A stretch of 64,000 bases of DNA from Candidatus Omnitrophota bacterium (GTDB taxonomy: Bacteria; Omnitrophota; Gorgyraeia; Zapsychrales; Fredricksoniimonadaceae): the NCBI GenBank assembly GCA_015233675.1, contig JADFXH010000005.1, positions 16,964-80,963 of the forward strand, given 5' to 3'; not shown here. More model-generated notes on the stretch are below. The model did no database searches and had not been told where the DNA came from. It was given only the letters and a program-made list of their open reading frames with translations. Position 1 is the first letter of the stretch.

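Noticed and set aside
14156-64000. The giant ORF being an assembly chimera or a string of several genes whose stops were lost to sequencing error.
   Set aside because: It is not fully excluded, but it is unlikely from the sequence. One frame stays open for 49.8 kb with no frame change. Internal repeats are diverged rather than identical, which argues against collapse or duplication artefacts. Composition and codon style are uniform with the neighbouring tad genes except for the 51-52 kb bridge. Read-level validation is still needed.

Overview
All credible genes in this 64-kb window are on the + strand, in three blocks. (1) 16-1011 is a hypothetical protein with an HTH-like N-terminus; its frame is open to nt 1. 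(2) 1390-13419 is a Tad/Flp-type (type IVc-like) pilus module. It holds eight tandem Flp-like prepilin genes, one of which (1390-1545, 51 aa) is below the ORF-track cutoff. Four further proteins share the same prepilin-like N-terminus (589, 91, 768 and 113 aa). The module also encodes an 878-aa signal-peptide-bearing Cys-rich protein and the platform proteins TadB and TadC. No TadA/CpaF ATPase, secretin, TadZ or prepilin peptidase lies in the window. (3) 14156 to 64000 is the main result: one uninterrupted reading frame (+ strand, codon starts at positions = 2 mod 3) of 16,615 codons, still open at the window edge. It is absent from the supplied ORF track, apparently because it never reaches a stop. 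The 50 kb it covers shows only short antisense or off-frame ORFs in the track. Reading the translation by eye gives a mosaic architecture:
- an N-terminal membrane anchor and a C39-like cysteine-peptidase motif set;
- coiled coils and several families of diverged internal repeats;
- a ~3-kb glycine-zipper-rich hydrophobic region;
- two SecA/SF2-like ATPase modules, the second with a degenerate motif II;
- two HExxH motifs and scattered TM helices;
- a cytosine-poor low-complexity bridge followed by an internal Sec-signal-peptide-like segment;
- a clan GH-A glycoside-hydrolase-like domain and a further TM cluster near the window end.
The pilus module and the giant gene are each preceded by a near-identical extended -10 promoter-like motif (ATATATGG[C/T]ATACT). 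The pilus module is bracketed by two copies of the same 26-nt palindromic element. I saw no rRNA, tRNA, CRISPR array or clear mobile element. All domain calls rest on motif recognition by eye, with no searches run. Taxonomy cannot be assigned from the sequence alone. From memory, ORFs of this scale have been described in Omnitrophota metagenomic genomes.
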